Source: Dipteris shenzhenensis (Eukaryota). Taken from it: a DNA stretch of 64,000 nt. Where the stretch lies: assembly GCA_047967505.1 (NCBI GenBank), contig CM106538.1; one strand, written 5' to 3'. The notes under the pieces are model-generated. The model was given only the letters and a program-made list of their open reading frames with translations. It searched no databases and was not told the DNA's origin. Below are positions 11,279 to 24,714 of the stretch, piece by piece. Numbering within the stretch: position 1 is the first letter of the stretch; each line of letters opens with the position of its first letter. The translations under genes were made by a program, and so were the position numbers.

Positions 11279-13370
11279 TTGTGGTGACAGTTTTCTTCTG
11301 TAGAGAGAAAAGGCAAGAGTGGTAATGGGGATGGAGATGAAGATAGTACTACTTTGAGGGTCAAAGTGTATCCTGGCCCAGGAGGAGCTTTAGGTGACAC
11401 TGGTAATCATGTTGTGAGTAAGCCACATACATTAGAGAGAGCCTCTATTGAGGTCATCTTTGAGATTGAATTTTAGGTTGCAAGTGGGTTCAGAAAAATC
11501 GCTATCAAGTGCACTACTAGATTTGATATAGCCACAAGCCCATGCCTTGGGGGTGACAGGGCTCATTTTGGGTGGTACCACAATGATGTGGGTCTGTCTT
11601 TGCAATCAGCTGATAGGGAAGGAAGAGCCGCAATGTTAGAGCCTGGATATTCAATGCTAAATGAGGTGGGAAAAAGCACAGTCGATCTAACTCAGACTGC
11701 CACATGGAGCACTTCAGAACAGTTAGAGGTAGGTGGGCAAGGAGGCTTTGACTTCAGGCCTGGTGGCATTGGAGGGATGCACATGCAAACTAATGTTCAG
11801 ACATCAACTGGCGTGGGGGAGGGTTTGCAAAACTCAATAGGGACTCAAATTTGCTTAAAGCATATATGTGGAGGATTTTTATATCGTGATACTTTTAGCT
11901 TGGATGAGGTATCATTTCAGCTGAGGTTTCCATTGTCCAACGTAAATGTTTGGGAGTGTAAGGAACTCTTACAAGAACAAGGCATTTTTTCGACAATAGA
12001 GCCAGTCATGAAAGGGGTATGGCTCCCCATAGATAGGAAAGTGTCATCGCCCTATTTGTTCAAAGCCAAAAGGAGCTTGATTGATCGATGGCTAAAGTCC
12101 ATAGAAGATGGACAAGTAGAAGAAACCACAACATTGCTACAAACATATAGCGTCCCACTATACATTAATCATGGGATGACACACTTAAAACGTGTCAACA
12201 AAGATGCTGAGTTGCTATTGCAGGGTCAAGAAAGGACAATTCCTTAGTTGCTTTTCCAACTAAGGACTCGAAGAATGGGCTGTAATCTGATAAAAAGAAG
12301 TTTTTTGCCTCATATCTCTTCAAATAGTCCCAAATGCATTACTTCTAGGAACCCAGAACAGCGGATGCATCATTTTCGATAAAGTAGACCAGTGTAAATC
12401 AGAACTTATCCCAAAACTGAGAAATATTTTCCAGAATTTCACCATTAAACCCTTCAGTTTTGCATGTAGCAATGCAAAAGTATTCAGCATCTTTATGGAG
12501 AAAATGGAGCCTGAGAGCTACAAGGAGAAAGGATCAATTTGAGTGAAGTTACTGGAAAGTTCCTTTCTTCTATAGGTAACAGACTTGGATCATAAAACAG
12601 GGTTTCTATTAGGCAGGGAGAGTGGCTAAGACGGGGTTTCTACAAATGATTTAAAGCTGGATAGGCAGGTAGAGTGGCTGAAACTGAGGACATAGCTTAG
12701 AAATGAGTGCAGGAGAGCATGCGAGGGAAAAGGAGCGGATTGCATGGGCTTGGAGCAAGTAGGGAGTGGTTGAATTGGAGCAGGGCTAGCTGATCTCACA
12801 AACAACAGCCTATCTGGCTGTTTATGTATATTTTGGCAAGCTGGTCACTTGCCTGATTTCGCCCAGCTAGGGGCTCCAAATGGGCATGAATCTCCCCTGA
12901 CTCTAGCAGGGCTGTCCAAGGGTGACAACCAGGAAACATAAGGTGAAAGAGAGAGCCACATGCATGGGAAATTGTCTTGAAATCCACGTGGTGGATCGGT
13001 GTATCTGCTAGGCAAAGCAATGGCTTTAGCATTATGCTGCTTCCATACCTTGAGATCAGAGGATGAAGCATTGAGTTCATCATCTTCAATCACATCCCAA
13101 ACTACTCCTTTCATAAGCAGCAGTTGCATTCTTGTTTGCCGGTTGGGAATCCTTCCCCTTCAAACTTCTCCACAGCACCCAATTGGAAGATAAGTCATAA
13201 TGAAAAATGAGTTCATGAAGATGGGCGGCAAACTGAAATGAATTACCAGAAATTATATGCCCCGAATTGCAGAAGGATGTAACATTATGCACAAAGGAGA
13301 ACAAAATGGAATATTCCTTTTTTAAGATTAAAAAATTAGCCTTTTCTATTAGATTTTAAAACACCATTGT
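11279..13370 (-). mobile_element. Degenerate Copia-like remnant (gag N-terminus)
   Basis: MQLLLMKGVVWDVI...WKQHNAKAIAL (12845-13129) resembles a Copia Gag N-terminus. The remainder is unrecognisable. Confidence 0.45.
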
Positions 13371-14274
13371 GCAGTATCACTATGACAAAAAAGTATGTTA
13401 CAAGAGGCGTCAATGGCGGTGTAGCCTTTCTCAACAGAATTGACGTCTTGCTGGTGTATAAAGCGAGATCCACTTTCATGGTCTAGCTCGGTAACCCCAA
13501 CCGCAAAAGCACTTAATGGCTCCTTGATCTCCCCTCAACAGCTACAATGCACCTGTGGTCTCCTCTCGGCTCATTCTCAGCTCAAATGTCCATCTTTGTC
13601 GAAGGTCTTCGGCTAACTCCTCCTATGGTACCAAGATTCCTCAGACCTCCCTTATCCCCTCTATCCTGAACTGATTAATGCCTTCACACAAATGGGAAAA
13701 ACTCTAGGAAATTGGACAATAGTGCCTTCATTATCATTCTCGCAAAGCTTTTTGAGTTCCTATCACAAGCTCCTCATGCCCAACTATGGTAAATCCCTCA
13801 AGCCATTTTACAAGGTCAATTGGCAAGATTGGGCCATAGTGGCATAGAAGGGCTAAGTGAAAGGATTGCTCCTCCTTGCCTCGTGTAAAATGGCTTGCCA
13901 ACAAAAAAAACCAATGACCAAGGAAGACCAAAAAATGGCACGAAAGACTAAACAACCGACACGAGTGGCACAATCAAGATGATTGGTAATGTTGGAATGG
14001 ACAAACAAAAAGTCAAAATTGCACTCAAACTCAAACTTGAAGCAAGATATGGCTTATGTCTAAGATCCCTTTACAAATAGCAATAGCAAAACAGCACATA
14101 CACCTTCATTTCTTTGCACCCTATTTGTGAAAATAGCAATTGCATCAACAGTTGATCATATCATATCATGACAAGATATCCATCAAAATGTTTTACAAAT
14201 CAATGCACCTTAGACTTTGAAACACATCCCTTTAAACCTTCTTCTTAACCACATTCAAAATGAAGTAGTTTTAC

Positions 14275-14342
14275 CTGTGTATGACATATATTGGATACAC
14301 AATTGATGCCGTGCTGATGATCGAGTGCATTGCAAACATAAT
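14275..14342 (-). CDS. DGAT1: DGAT1 coding exon 5
   Basis: tgcag|IMFAMHSIISTASIVYPIYVIH-AG|gtaaaa, 68 bp. It matches the plant DGAT1 segment of type VVIFLHIIIT...LYPVYV and its phase fits exon 4. Confidence 0.85.
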
Positions 14343-14508
14343 CTGCACATTGGCAACCGCATAAACGTTACAATATGACTTTTAGACGAATTACTATCCC
14401 ATATTTACAAACCTCCATGTTCTCATGTGGATACCCATGCATCCCAAGCCAAAAAGAAAATGTGCTCCCCCCCCCCCCCCCCCTCTCTCTCTCTCTCTCC
14501 CCCCCCCA

Positions 14509-15209
14509 TCGCATGTGCACATTGTGCGACTGTCAGGAGGTTGAGTTGAAGGAGCATTTTATTTTCAGGTGCCCAGTGTACTACGAGATCCGAGGTCGCT
14601 ACCACTGTCTCTTCAGAGACGGCTTCAGGCCCCTTTCCAGATTCCTCGCCTACCCAGATCAGAGATGCCTCGCGACCTTCATTCACGAGGGGGTCCGACA
14701 CAAAGAGTACTTACTCAGGCGACAAGGCTTGCCCACACCACCAGACACCTCTCAGAGCAAGATCACAGAGTTCTTCCCATCGAGTGATATTGATCGTCCA
14801 GTCTCTAGCCACAGACATGACAAAGACCCCGACCTAACAACCGCAGCACGACACATGAGGCATCGAGGGGACAGATCAATCTGGGGGGACCTTCCATCAT
14901 TGTTTAGACCCAGGACACGTCCCACGGGAGTCATGGTGGCTCTGATCTTGCGTCGAGCCTCCTCCAGGAGACCGAGACGCATGACACCCCTTGACAAACA
15001 CCAACGTCCCATCACCAACTACGCATCAGCCAGGGCGACATGACATACGGAGGATTCCGCTCCGCTCCGCTCCGCTCCAGTCTTTTTCCTTTTCATTGTC
15101 ACACCCAGATGAATTTGACTATGTATGATCAGACTTAGGACTCAGCACGGGTGATGATGCTCGTTTAGTAGCTCCACCCTTACTGTGGTTTGTATCAGGT
15201 TTTCTTTCC
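14509..15209 (+). mobile_element. 5'-truncated RTEX/L2-like LINE (ORF2 C-terminal zinc finger and 3' UTR)
   Basis: RMCTLCDCQEVELKEHFIFRCPVYYEIRGRY starts directly after the Cn(CT)nCn tract at 14467-14507. The 3' UTR resembles 31105-31155. Confidence 0.8.
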
Positions 15210-16649
15210 GCTGCCTCCTAGCAGCCTACACCACCTCCCCTAGCCTCTCCGCCTCTCAGCCTCTAGCCTCTCCGCCTCAGCCCCTATCCCTAGCCCCTAG
15301 CCCCCAGTCCCTAGCCCCGCCTCCCTAGCCTAGCCTGCTGTGCAACCTCCCTTAGCCCCACCTCTCAGCCTCAAGCCTCGCCTCAGCCCCTCACCTCTCC
15401 ACCTCAGCCCCACCCCCAACCCCTAGCCCCGCCTTCCTACTGTTGCGCCACCTCCTTTTTAGATTAGGGTTAAAAAGAAAAGACCAGCATGACGACACGG
15501 AGCTATGTTAAGGCTCTCGAAAGTGCAATGCAAGTGTACATGGCAGAAAGACCCCCAAAGAATACCTCCGAGGTATTGACCTTAGCAAAATTTGTTTGGC
15601 CTTGATCGAAAAGGTCGATAGCCTCGAGACCACTAATGTAGCATTGATGGCAGAAAAGACACATATTGACAAGACCTTGAATGAAATCAAGAAGCAAGGG
15701 GGGAGTATGCAAGAAGAATGGCGAAAAGGAGAAAGGGAAGAAGGATGAATGGGAAAGGGAGAAAGAGGCATGGGAAGATGAGAAGGTCAACCTCAAGGAC
15801 AAAATGTAGGCCATGGGGACAGAATTACAGCAATTGAGAGATATGCAGGGAGTACTAGAAAGTACGTGCAAAGCAATGGAAGAGATGAGAGCCGAGAATG
15901 AGATGCTTAAGAAGGAGATGGCAGCGCTACAAACAACCATACAAGGGAAGCATGCTGAGTTCACACAGCAAATCACTAAAGGTAACGCAAACATACTAGA
16001 ATGGAAGAATGTGGTTAAGAAGGGTACGGCAGCCCCCAAGAAAGAGATCATCTCTGAAGCCCTGGAGGAAGAGAAAAGGAGCAGCAGCAAGGCATTGAAT
16101 GTCCTGGTCAGAGGCCTAACAGTTGGAGACACCCCTATGTCCGATGCTACGACCTTGTTCACCAAAATGGGAGTCAACCTCACATGCAAGACAGCATGGA
16201 GGGTTGGTAAAGCTGAAGCTCCAACAAGACCACTCGTAATGAAATTACGAACAGCTATGGACAGGTCCACTCTCGTGAGCATGAGGGCAACCCTGAAAGG
16301 GACCATAATATTTTTGGATGACGATCTCACGCTGTTGCAGCAGGAGCATCGGAGAGAAGGGATGGTACGAGTTATGGCAGCAAGAGAGGCAGGGAAATGG
16401 GCTGCCTACAGAGATGGCAAAGTGATTATTCAAGAAAGAGTCAACAAAGGAGACAAGGGAGAAGGGGAGAAAGGGGAGAAAGAAGAGGGTGAACTATGAC
16501 GGTGCCAGAGCTCGGAGAAGAGTGCACAAAACAAGCTGAGTATGGCACAAAACAAGCTGAGTATGGCTGTATGGAACTGTAATGGCACACTTTGGTCCGA
16601 CCCAGGTGGCTTCTCGGAGACATACACACGCAGAGACATCATTTTCTAC

Positions 16650-17638
16650 ATCCCTCCCTTAGATGTATGCTCTAGTGAGCTGAATAACTTCCTGCAAGAG
16701 TAATGTACTTGCTAGCACCACTATCAAAGAACCAAGCATCATGAACATCAGAAATTGCCATGCAGGCATCATGAACATCAGGATTATACTAACATGTAAC
16801 CAAGAAATCTTAATGTTGGTCTTGTGCAAAATTAGTTGACTCATGTCGATCTTCTATACTATGAGAACCAGATACTGCAAGACTAGACTCTTTCTTCTTC
16901 TTTTCAGATGCAATTCTCTTCCTGCATTCAGAGATATCATGCCCAGGTTTTCTACAATAGTTACATCTCGTCTTCTTTTTGTTATCCCCTAAAGAAGAGG
17001 CACCATGAGAATGATCAGCATGTGAATGAAGGGGTATTCCTATGGGCTTCAGCTATTCAATGAAGGATGGGTGGGATTGGGTCCTAGACCGGGTCAAAAG
17101 CAAGGTGAATAGATGGCAAGGCCTGTAGCCAACATTAGCAAGACATAAATTTGTCTTTAACCACTACATTTATCCCTCCATCATTTACGTCATTTCCTGT
17201 TGGTACCAAACAAAGAAATTCCTTAGACAACTCAATAGCTTATTTAGAACCTTTCTGCGGGGAGGGGATTCAATCAATCACAAGGTTCCCAATTAGGAAA
17301 ATTTTAGGAAAAAGAAGAAAAAATTAGGAAAGTTTTGGAAACCATCATGAGGTCAGCGTGCCAAACGAGTGTGGAGGGCCAAGGAAACCTAGTTCTAGGT
17401 CGTGGTCCCAACTAGCCCCCTATCCTATTCCCAGGCTAATCGGCCAAGACATGGAGAGAGGAGTATTTTTACCTCTTCTCAATCCACTGTTAGTGGAAAA
17501 TAAAACTGGCAGTTGACATATATTTTGGGGTTGTAGTACTACCACCGATAGTTTGAAGATTACCACCGGTAGAGCAAAACTAATCATCAAAGGCCTCTAG
17601 CTTGACTTTGAAGATTTCATCTTGTTGTTCTTCCAACA
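16650..17638 (-). mobile_element. Truncated Copia remnant (LTR-like start and protease motif) inside the LINE endonuclease
   Basis: Minus strand starts TGTTGGAAG at 17638. HDAWFFDSGASKYIT protease motif near 16700-16745. The LINE frame resumes on both sides. Confidence 0.65.
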
Positions 17639-19147
17639 CATGAGAGCCTAGAGGGAGGGCTGCCCACAGTGATAGGATACACCTGGGAGTTTGCTCATAG
17701 GAAAGAAATGAGGAGAGACAGTGGGGTACGAGGCTCTGGAGGTGTAGCTGTCCTTTTCAAAACACACTTGAGGCCACTCATATCTATGGTATGGAGAGAG
17801 GAACATGCACATCACATGTGGATACGAGTGCAGCCACTAGATGCCCGACCTATCTTCATTGCAGTATGCTATTTCCCTCCGCACACGTCATCATATGCCC
17901 ATGATGTCACTACAAAGGGGCACAGCCCTTATGAGACGATACATGAGGATATCATAGAGTTCTCCAGACAAGGAGACACCCTCCTTCTGGGGGATTTCAA
18001 TGCAAGGACAAGGGACAAGCAAGTGGGCTTACTTGACTTCACATATGAGAGAGATCCCCACATGATGCCAAAGTTAGATGCACAGAACTTGGGACTCAGA
18101 GACTCTCTGCAGATACTTCGCATGTGATAGCATACGGGCAACACTTGCTTGAGTTGGGAGCTGTCCACGACCTCATCATCTACAATGGCCTTCAGAGATG
18201 GCCATCATCTGAGGGATTCACATGCTTCCCACATGGAGGTGGGACTAGCACAGTGGACTACCTACTGGGCCCACTGGCTTTTGTCTCACGGATACATGAC
18301 CTCACCATACCCCCCCCCCCCCAACTTGGAGCTGACCACTCATACCTGGCCTTCGATGTTCTTGTTACTACACCAAGCACAGGGAGAGTTCCTACCGCTA
18401 CCCGTACCCAAATCCACTTTGATCGTGCTCTTGATCCAGTGTATGTGTGCCACTTAGCCAGAGAGCTTCTGGCCTTATTGGAGCTGATCTAGACCTCGCT
18501 CATGCCTCAGCTACCCTTTTCACAGTGATACAGGATGCTACCACCAGATCCTTTCCTACAACCCAATCTTCGCGGATACGAGATGGGAAGATGCCTCAGA
18601 ACCCCTGGTTTGATGATCAGCGCACAGAGCTGCAAGCCCACCTCACACGGGAGCGAGCCTTGGGTCAGTTGACGCCACACGAGGCACACAGGATATTTCA
18701 ACGGCTAACACGCCGCAAGAGACGAGCCTTCATCACACATAGGATGGATGAGATCATCATATCATTTCACGGAGGAGACCCAACCACTAGGTGGGGATTC
18801 CTCGCGGAGGGAAAGACACCCATCCCCGAGGAGTATCTCATGCACTGAGGATTGCCATTGGTCAGATGCGGGTTTCATCCCATCAATTGAGGATTGAGGC
18901 AGGGAGAGCAGCGGGTATACCTGAAGAGCAGTAGATATGCACGCTATGTACGCTGGGCGCGGTTGAGACAGAGGAGCATTTCCTTTGTGTTTGCCCAGCC
19001 TACTATGAGATTCGAGGACGCTACCACTGTCTCTACCTAGAGGGGAATGGCTTCAGTCCTTTGTCATGACTGATCCATTTCCATGACCAGATCTGTATCG
19101 GACTCTATCTGATGGAGATGCGGCGACATAGGGAGACACTTCTAGGC

Positions 19148-19529
19148 TACATGGGAATTGGTGCCTTTGCCTACAGACAAGTATGCAATTGGCTGCAAGT
19201 GGGTTTATAAGGTGAAGCAGAATGCAGATGGCTGTGTGAACAGATTCAAGGCAAGATTAGTTGTCAAGGGTATGCATAGACATATGGAGTTGATTATGAA
19301 GAAACATTCAGTCTAGTTGTAAGGATGGCAACCGTAAGAGCAGTCATTACTATGGCTGCATCAAAAGGGATGGTCTTTACATCGGATGGATGTAAAAAAT
19401 GCCTTCTTGCATGGTGATTTGGAAGAAGAGATCTATATGGAGCAGCCACCAGGATATGTTCATGCTATTCATCCTGCATCTCTTTGCCAGTTGAAGAAAG
19501 CCTTGTATGGCTTGAAGCAAGCACCCAGA
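19148..19529 (+). mobile_element. LTR-less Copia reverse-transcriptase fragment
   Basis: TWELVPLP...[10 protein letters not shown]...[43 protein letters not shown]. Confidence 0.9.
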
Positions 19530-20194
19530 GAGAGCAACAAGGGTTAGTCAGACCACTACAGGACATAGAGGGTGACTGGGCACAGCGGCACGTCACAGAC
19601 TTCTATACATTTGAGTCAGCCCCCGGACATAGTGGAGTGGAGGAAGAGGAGCTAGCCGATATGAGAGCAATCTAGATGAGCAGCCGGCACAGTACCGTCG
19701 AGAGAGGGACGCAAAGGCCACATGTGCGATAGAGAGCCCCAGAGCCCAGAGTACACTCTATTGAGGTCCGACCTATCACAGCTTTCCTCAGAGGAGACCG
19801 ACAGAGACGAGGGATTACTCTAGACATAGCCTAGAGAGTCCAAAGAGCGAGGATACTGGGCCCCCCGCCACAGCTCGAGACAACTCAACAGACACAGATA
19901 CGATATATTTTCGCAGCCCACCAGAGAGCCATCACTGTACCAGGCTTCGGTTTCGTCCCAGCGCCTGGATAGATTGATTGATATGATATGATAATGATTA
20001 TGTTTATGATTATGTTTATGATTATGATTCTGTTAGCATAGATTAGTACTCAGCAAGCGTCCTAGCATACCCTTTGCTTCAGCCCACTAAGGCTTGTATG
20101 AGTTCGCTTTTCTCTGCACTTTGTCCCATAGGCCCGCGAGGTCTCCCGTGGACATTAATATATCTTTCTTTCTTTCTTTCTTTCTCTCTCTCTC

Positions 20195-23100
20195 CGCCAA
20201 AAACCTACCACACAATCATGGTGAGCAGCCTAATGGCCAAGCTGTATGGCACAATTCTTGAGCGAAAATTCAGTAAATGCATGGAGGCACAGGGGTTTAG
20301 GGTACCATCCTAGGCAGGGTTTCATCCCAAACACTCGACAATAGACCCTTTGGTCGCCATAAGGGCTACACAGAAGGAGCCAAGCATGAAAAAGAGGCTT
20401 GCTTTGTAGATTTCAAGAAAGCCTTTGGGTTTCACGCAAGAAACTATGGGAAAGATTAAAACAGCTTCAAGTCCCTCACAAACTCAAAGAGGCTACATAC
20501 CCTCTATACCATACATGATACCCTCTATACGGGAAAATATTCGCCGAGCTAGCACAACCACTTGTGGATGGGGTAATGCTCCAAAGGGAAAGCCGTCATA
20601 AGCAGTGACCAAAGGGGTCAAACAAGGCTGTCCCCTCTTGCCAACTCTGCTCTACTAATGCTTATTTACGCAGATGACTAGTCTTCTTCGCAAAAGCAAG
20701 CTGAAGCAAGCCAAAAATGAAAGCACATTCGAATGCACTAGGGGACCTCTATAGACACTCAGGAATGCAAGTCAACATAGCCAAAACAAAAGTCATGGTC
20801 TTTGGGACTCACAATAAACAAATTGATGTCACTTTCGAAGGGGAGCCCTTGGAGACAGTCAACTCATACAGATATCTATAGCTGGAATTTACCGACAACT
20901 ACAAATAAAATACATGTGTAGAAAGAAGAACCCTAGGCAATTTGAAAGCTCTGTACAGCTTCCAAAATAAATACAGGAAGGGAAGTGAGAAAGTTTCTAT
21001 ACATTGTGCTTGTAGGAACAGTGATCCTTTATGGGTGTCTAGCATGGGCTCCTGGGCTCTCTAGGACCTACTCGGAAAAGAATAGGAAATTGGGGGTTAG
21101 GCTTTGACACCCTACCCCATCCTCCTGGCTAAGACGGCTATGATACCTCTTGAAGGGGAGGCATTATGCCAATTCATGGCTCACCTCTGTAGGCTAGAGC
21201 AAGCAAAATGGAAGCTCAAAAATGAGTGGAGAAGGAGAAAAACGAGCTGTTGTAATGCAAATTCTACTACAATGAATGAAGACTCAAGAGGGAGCCGATA
21301 TGACAAAACCCTAGGGCTAAATGTCCTAACTGGACTAAGTGTTCTAATTGTCCTATGTGGTTAATGTACTAATTGTACCAACTGACCTAACTGACTGTAA
21401 CTAGGCCTACAAGGCACATACCAAGGAATGAGTGGCACCTATGGATAGCCCATAGAATGGCCTAAAAACCCCCCTCCATGGTATGAAGTATCCTAGGCAT
21501 GGCTCAGGATACCTGAATATCTAATGTCATGGTTGCACATGTTCATCCTATAGGGATATAGCAACCTATGATTATACAGAGTACAACACATCAAGTCACA
21601 AAAGATAGTAAGTTTAAAGGTTCCCGGAAAGCTTCAAACTTAGGTCGAGGTTGAGCCTTCGTAAAAAGATTTGCCAAGTTGTCTTCAGTGGGAACATAAG
21701 ACAACTGAATATCACTTGCTGATAATCTCTCTCTAACATAGTGATAGTGAACCTCGATATGCTTTGTGCAAGCATGGAAAATGGGAGTCCGTGCAACAGC
21801 CAAAGCACTCTGACTATCAGTGAAGATGACGGTAGGAGCAATCTGACATGCACAAAGATCTACATGTAACTTCCAAAGCCAAACACACTCCAGTGACGCT
21901 GTAAAAGCTGCTCTGTACTTAGCTTCACAGCTAGAAGTAGCAACCGTAATCTACTTTCTGCTGAACCAAGAAATGCATGAAGTACCAAGCATGAAACAGT
22001 TGCCACTATGCGACACAATCAGTATCAGTGAATCCATGTATAACAAATGAAGAATCAGCCTCATAAAGAAGGGCCAAATGCTGAGTGACTTTGAGATACC
22101 TGAAGACACGCTTTACGGCATGCCAATGGTGCCTAGAGGGACTATGCACATATCTGCTCAACTGTAAGGCAGCATATTGAAGATTAAGTCTCGTATGGCA
22201 TAAGTAAATCAAGCAACCAACTGCCTAGTGAGAGAGTGACATCACATGCACCGCTGCCATCCTCAGAAGAGAAGTGAAAACCAAGCTCCAATGGTGTGGA
22301 TATTGGCTGGCAATCCTCAAACTGAAAACGCTGCAAAAGCTGTCCAATATACTTGGATTGTGACATTTTGTTTGCAAGACATTCTATGGGCTGTCCATAC
22401 GTGCCACTCATTCCTTGGTATGTGCCTCGTAGGCCTAGTTACAGTCAATTAGGTCAGAGTATACAGTTAGTACATGTACCACATAGGGCAGTTAGAACAC
22501 TTAGTCCAGTTAGGGCATTTAGCCCTAGGGTTTTGTCATATTGGCTCCCTCTTGAGCCTCCATCCATTGTAGCAGCATTTTCATTACAGCAGCTCGTTTT
22601 TCTCCTTCTCCACTCATTTTTTAGCTTCTATTTCGCTTGCCCTAGCCAACAACCTCAACAAAGTTGAGAAGATGAACACTAGTAGGATACCTCACAAGGC
22701 CTTGGAAGCTACACAAACCAATGGAAGGCACCAAGAAAGGATGAAATGGATAGAATTATGGGGTACAACAGCTCCTGACATACCAGAGGGTGCATGTGAT
22801 ATCACAGGGTTAGTGACACAGAAGATGCGAACAAATTATGGCAAGACCTACGGGCAAAAATGCAATTCTACAAACAAGAAATTAACCCAATGAGAAGCAA
22901 TGGGATAAATACATTGGGGAAGGCATGTCAATGTTTAAAAGGCATCTAATATGCAAAAGGTGAACCAACTCACATGAACTGAAAGTGAAAAAGGAAGGTG
23001 GGTAATACCTAGGGTTCCAAGGGAAGAAAGAATATGCAAAATCTGCCCCACAGGGGAGGTGGAAAATGCAAAGCACATACTCCTAAGTTGTCGGGCCTAA

Positions 23101-23290
23101 GCACACACATTAGATAAAGAACAACAAAGGCAAACTGAAAAATCTATCAGATCAGCCACTACAAAGCTAGGAAGTTATCTAAAATAAGTTTTGGAACACC
23201 AAAACAACAAGGTACTTGGACTAGCACACAAGCTAGCTCAACAAGTACTAGCTACATAGTAAGCCTGCTACCAGATGTAAAAGATCAGAT
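20195..23290 (+). mobile_element. 5'-truncated, degenerate RTEX/L2-like LINE (RT to C-terminus), interrupted at 21188-22651
   Basis: TIMVSSLMAKLY, FVDFKKAF, GVKQGCPL and LIYADD. It begins right after a (TC)n tract. Confidence 0.8.
21188..22651. mobile_element. Copia derivative with two complete 279-bp LTRs in inverted orientation, flanked by TSD ACCTC
   Basis: 21188-21466 is the reverse complement of 22373-22651. Between them lie a minus-strand RT end, RNase H (TKHIEVHYHYVRE) and PPT. ACCTC occurs at 21183-21187 and 22652-22656. Confidence 0.85.
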
Positions 23291-23399
23291 CACCAGTCCC
23301 ATAGATCCTAAAGGGTCTCCACAAGATCTAAATACAATGATATCATCCCAACATTGATGGAAGGATGATGATGATGATGAAGAGGTAGCAACTAACATT

Positions 23400-24082
23400 A
23401 AACATTCCACAGGACATGCTACCATCACTCTCAAGTCACGTACACTACGAACCTAGATTCTCCGCCGATCACATAAGTTGAAAGGGACAAAGGTGTGGAT
23501 AGCTGAGGAGCTGACACGAGCTCAACTGAAGAACAAAGCGACTGAATATGCATTTGAGTCCGCTACCAATGTGGCTGAGGAAAAGGAGCTTGATGAGATG
23601 AGAGCATCATGGATCAGCAGTAGGAGTGTCCACCACGATGCGGCCAGACGAGGGGGACACACTCCACGTTCGACACGGAGAGAGACGAGCACACAGGATC
23701 AAGGTCCAATCTATCTCATCCCTTCTAAGAGGCGACCGTCAAAGACGAGGCATCACCCTTGATGTAGCCCACCGGATCGAGTAATCGAGGAGACCACGCC
23801 CTCCCCCACGTCACGAGATAGCTCGACAGACACAGATACAAGAGCTTCTCACATCTCATCAAAGTGCCACCAGGTTACCTGGATATATGGAACCTGAGCA
23901 TATACTAGGAGTGCTAGCCTGGAGTGCTAGCCTTGAGCACCTGACACTCTTCTGTTACTTCGCTACTCTAGTTTTTAGCAAGGGTCTTAGTGAACCCTTT
24001 GCTTCATCCCTCAGTGGTTTGTATGAGGTACCTTTTAGATTCACACTTTGTCTCAGAGGCCCGCAAGGCCTCTCTCTCTCTC
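23400..24082 (+). mobile_element. Chimeric LINE fragment: ORF1 C-terminal piece joined to an ORF2 tail and 3' UTR
   Basis: KLKGTKVWIAEELT (compare ORF1 near 33050) runs into YAFESA...ELDEMRA (compare 19605-19670). It ends in a partial hairpin plus (TC)n. Confidence 0.6.
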
Positions 24083-24714
24083 TCATGGCAGGAGGCATGG
24101 TCGATGGCCATGACTTCCATCATTTCTTTGGATCACAGACCCCTTAGGGAAGACGATGTTCCTCATATTTCATATTTTACATTTTGTATCTAGGCATTTT
24201 TGGTACTCTATTTCATTTCATTTTGTATCTAGGATTTTTGTAGCCATTTTTGGCATCTTAGCTGTATTACGATGAGGCCACCTAGTTGGCGCATCGTTGA
24301 TGATGTATTTTCCTTTCGGATGATTTTGTGTCCCATAGGCCATGTATGGCCTTCCGTGGACCTTTAATAAAATTTCTTTCTTTCTTTCTCTCTCTCTCTC
24401 TCTCTCTCTCTCATGGCAGGAGGCATGGTCGATGGCCATGACTTCCATCATTTCTTTGGATCACAGACCCCTTAGGGAAGACGATGTTCCTCATATTTCA
24501 TATTTTACATTTTGTATCTAGGCATTTTTGGTACTCTATTTCATTTCATTTTGTATCTAGGATTTTTGTAGCCATTTTTGGCATCTTAGCTGTATTACGA
24601 TGAGGCCACCTAGTTGGCGCATCGTTGATGATGTATTTTCCTTTCGGATGATTTTGTGTCCCATAGGCCATGTATGGCCTTCCGTGGACCTTTAATAAAA
24701 TTTCTTTCTTTCTT

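Larger units (their letters stand above)
15210..20194 (+). mobile_element. RTEX/L2-like LINE with ORF1, endonuclease and C-terminus but no RT domain; contains two Copia inserts
   Basis: C-rich 5' UTR; ORF1 15489-16499 (coiled coil, LKGTIIFLDDDLT, GKWAAYRDGK). Endonuclease motifs WNCNG, GGVAV, GDFNAR, TVDY, ADH. Zinc finger near 18935-19030. 3' stem-loop at 20123-20153, then (TTTC)n(TC)n. Confidence 0.85.

Noticed and set aside
11588-12247. 219-aa plus-strand ORF as a novel gene
   Set aside because: No recognisable motif; it starts at GTG and lies antisense within a decayed Copia-like region.
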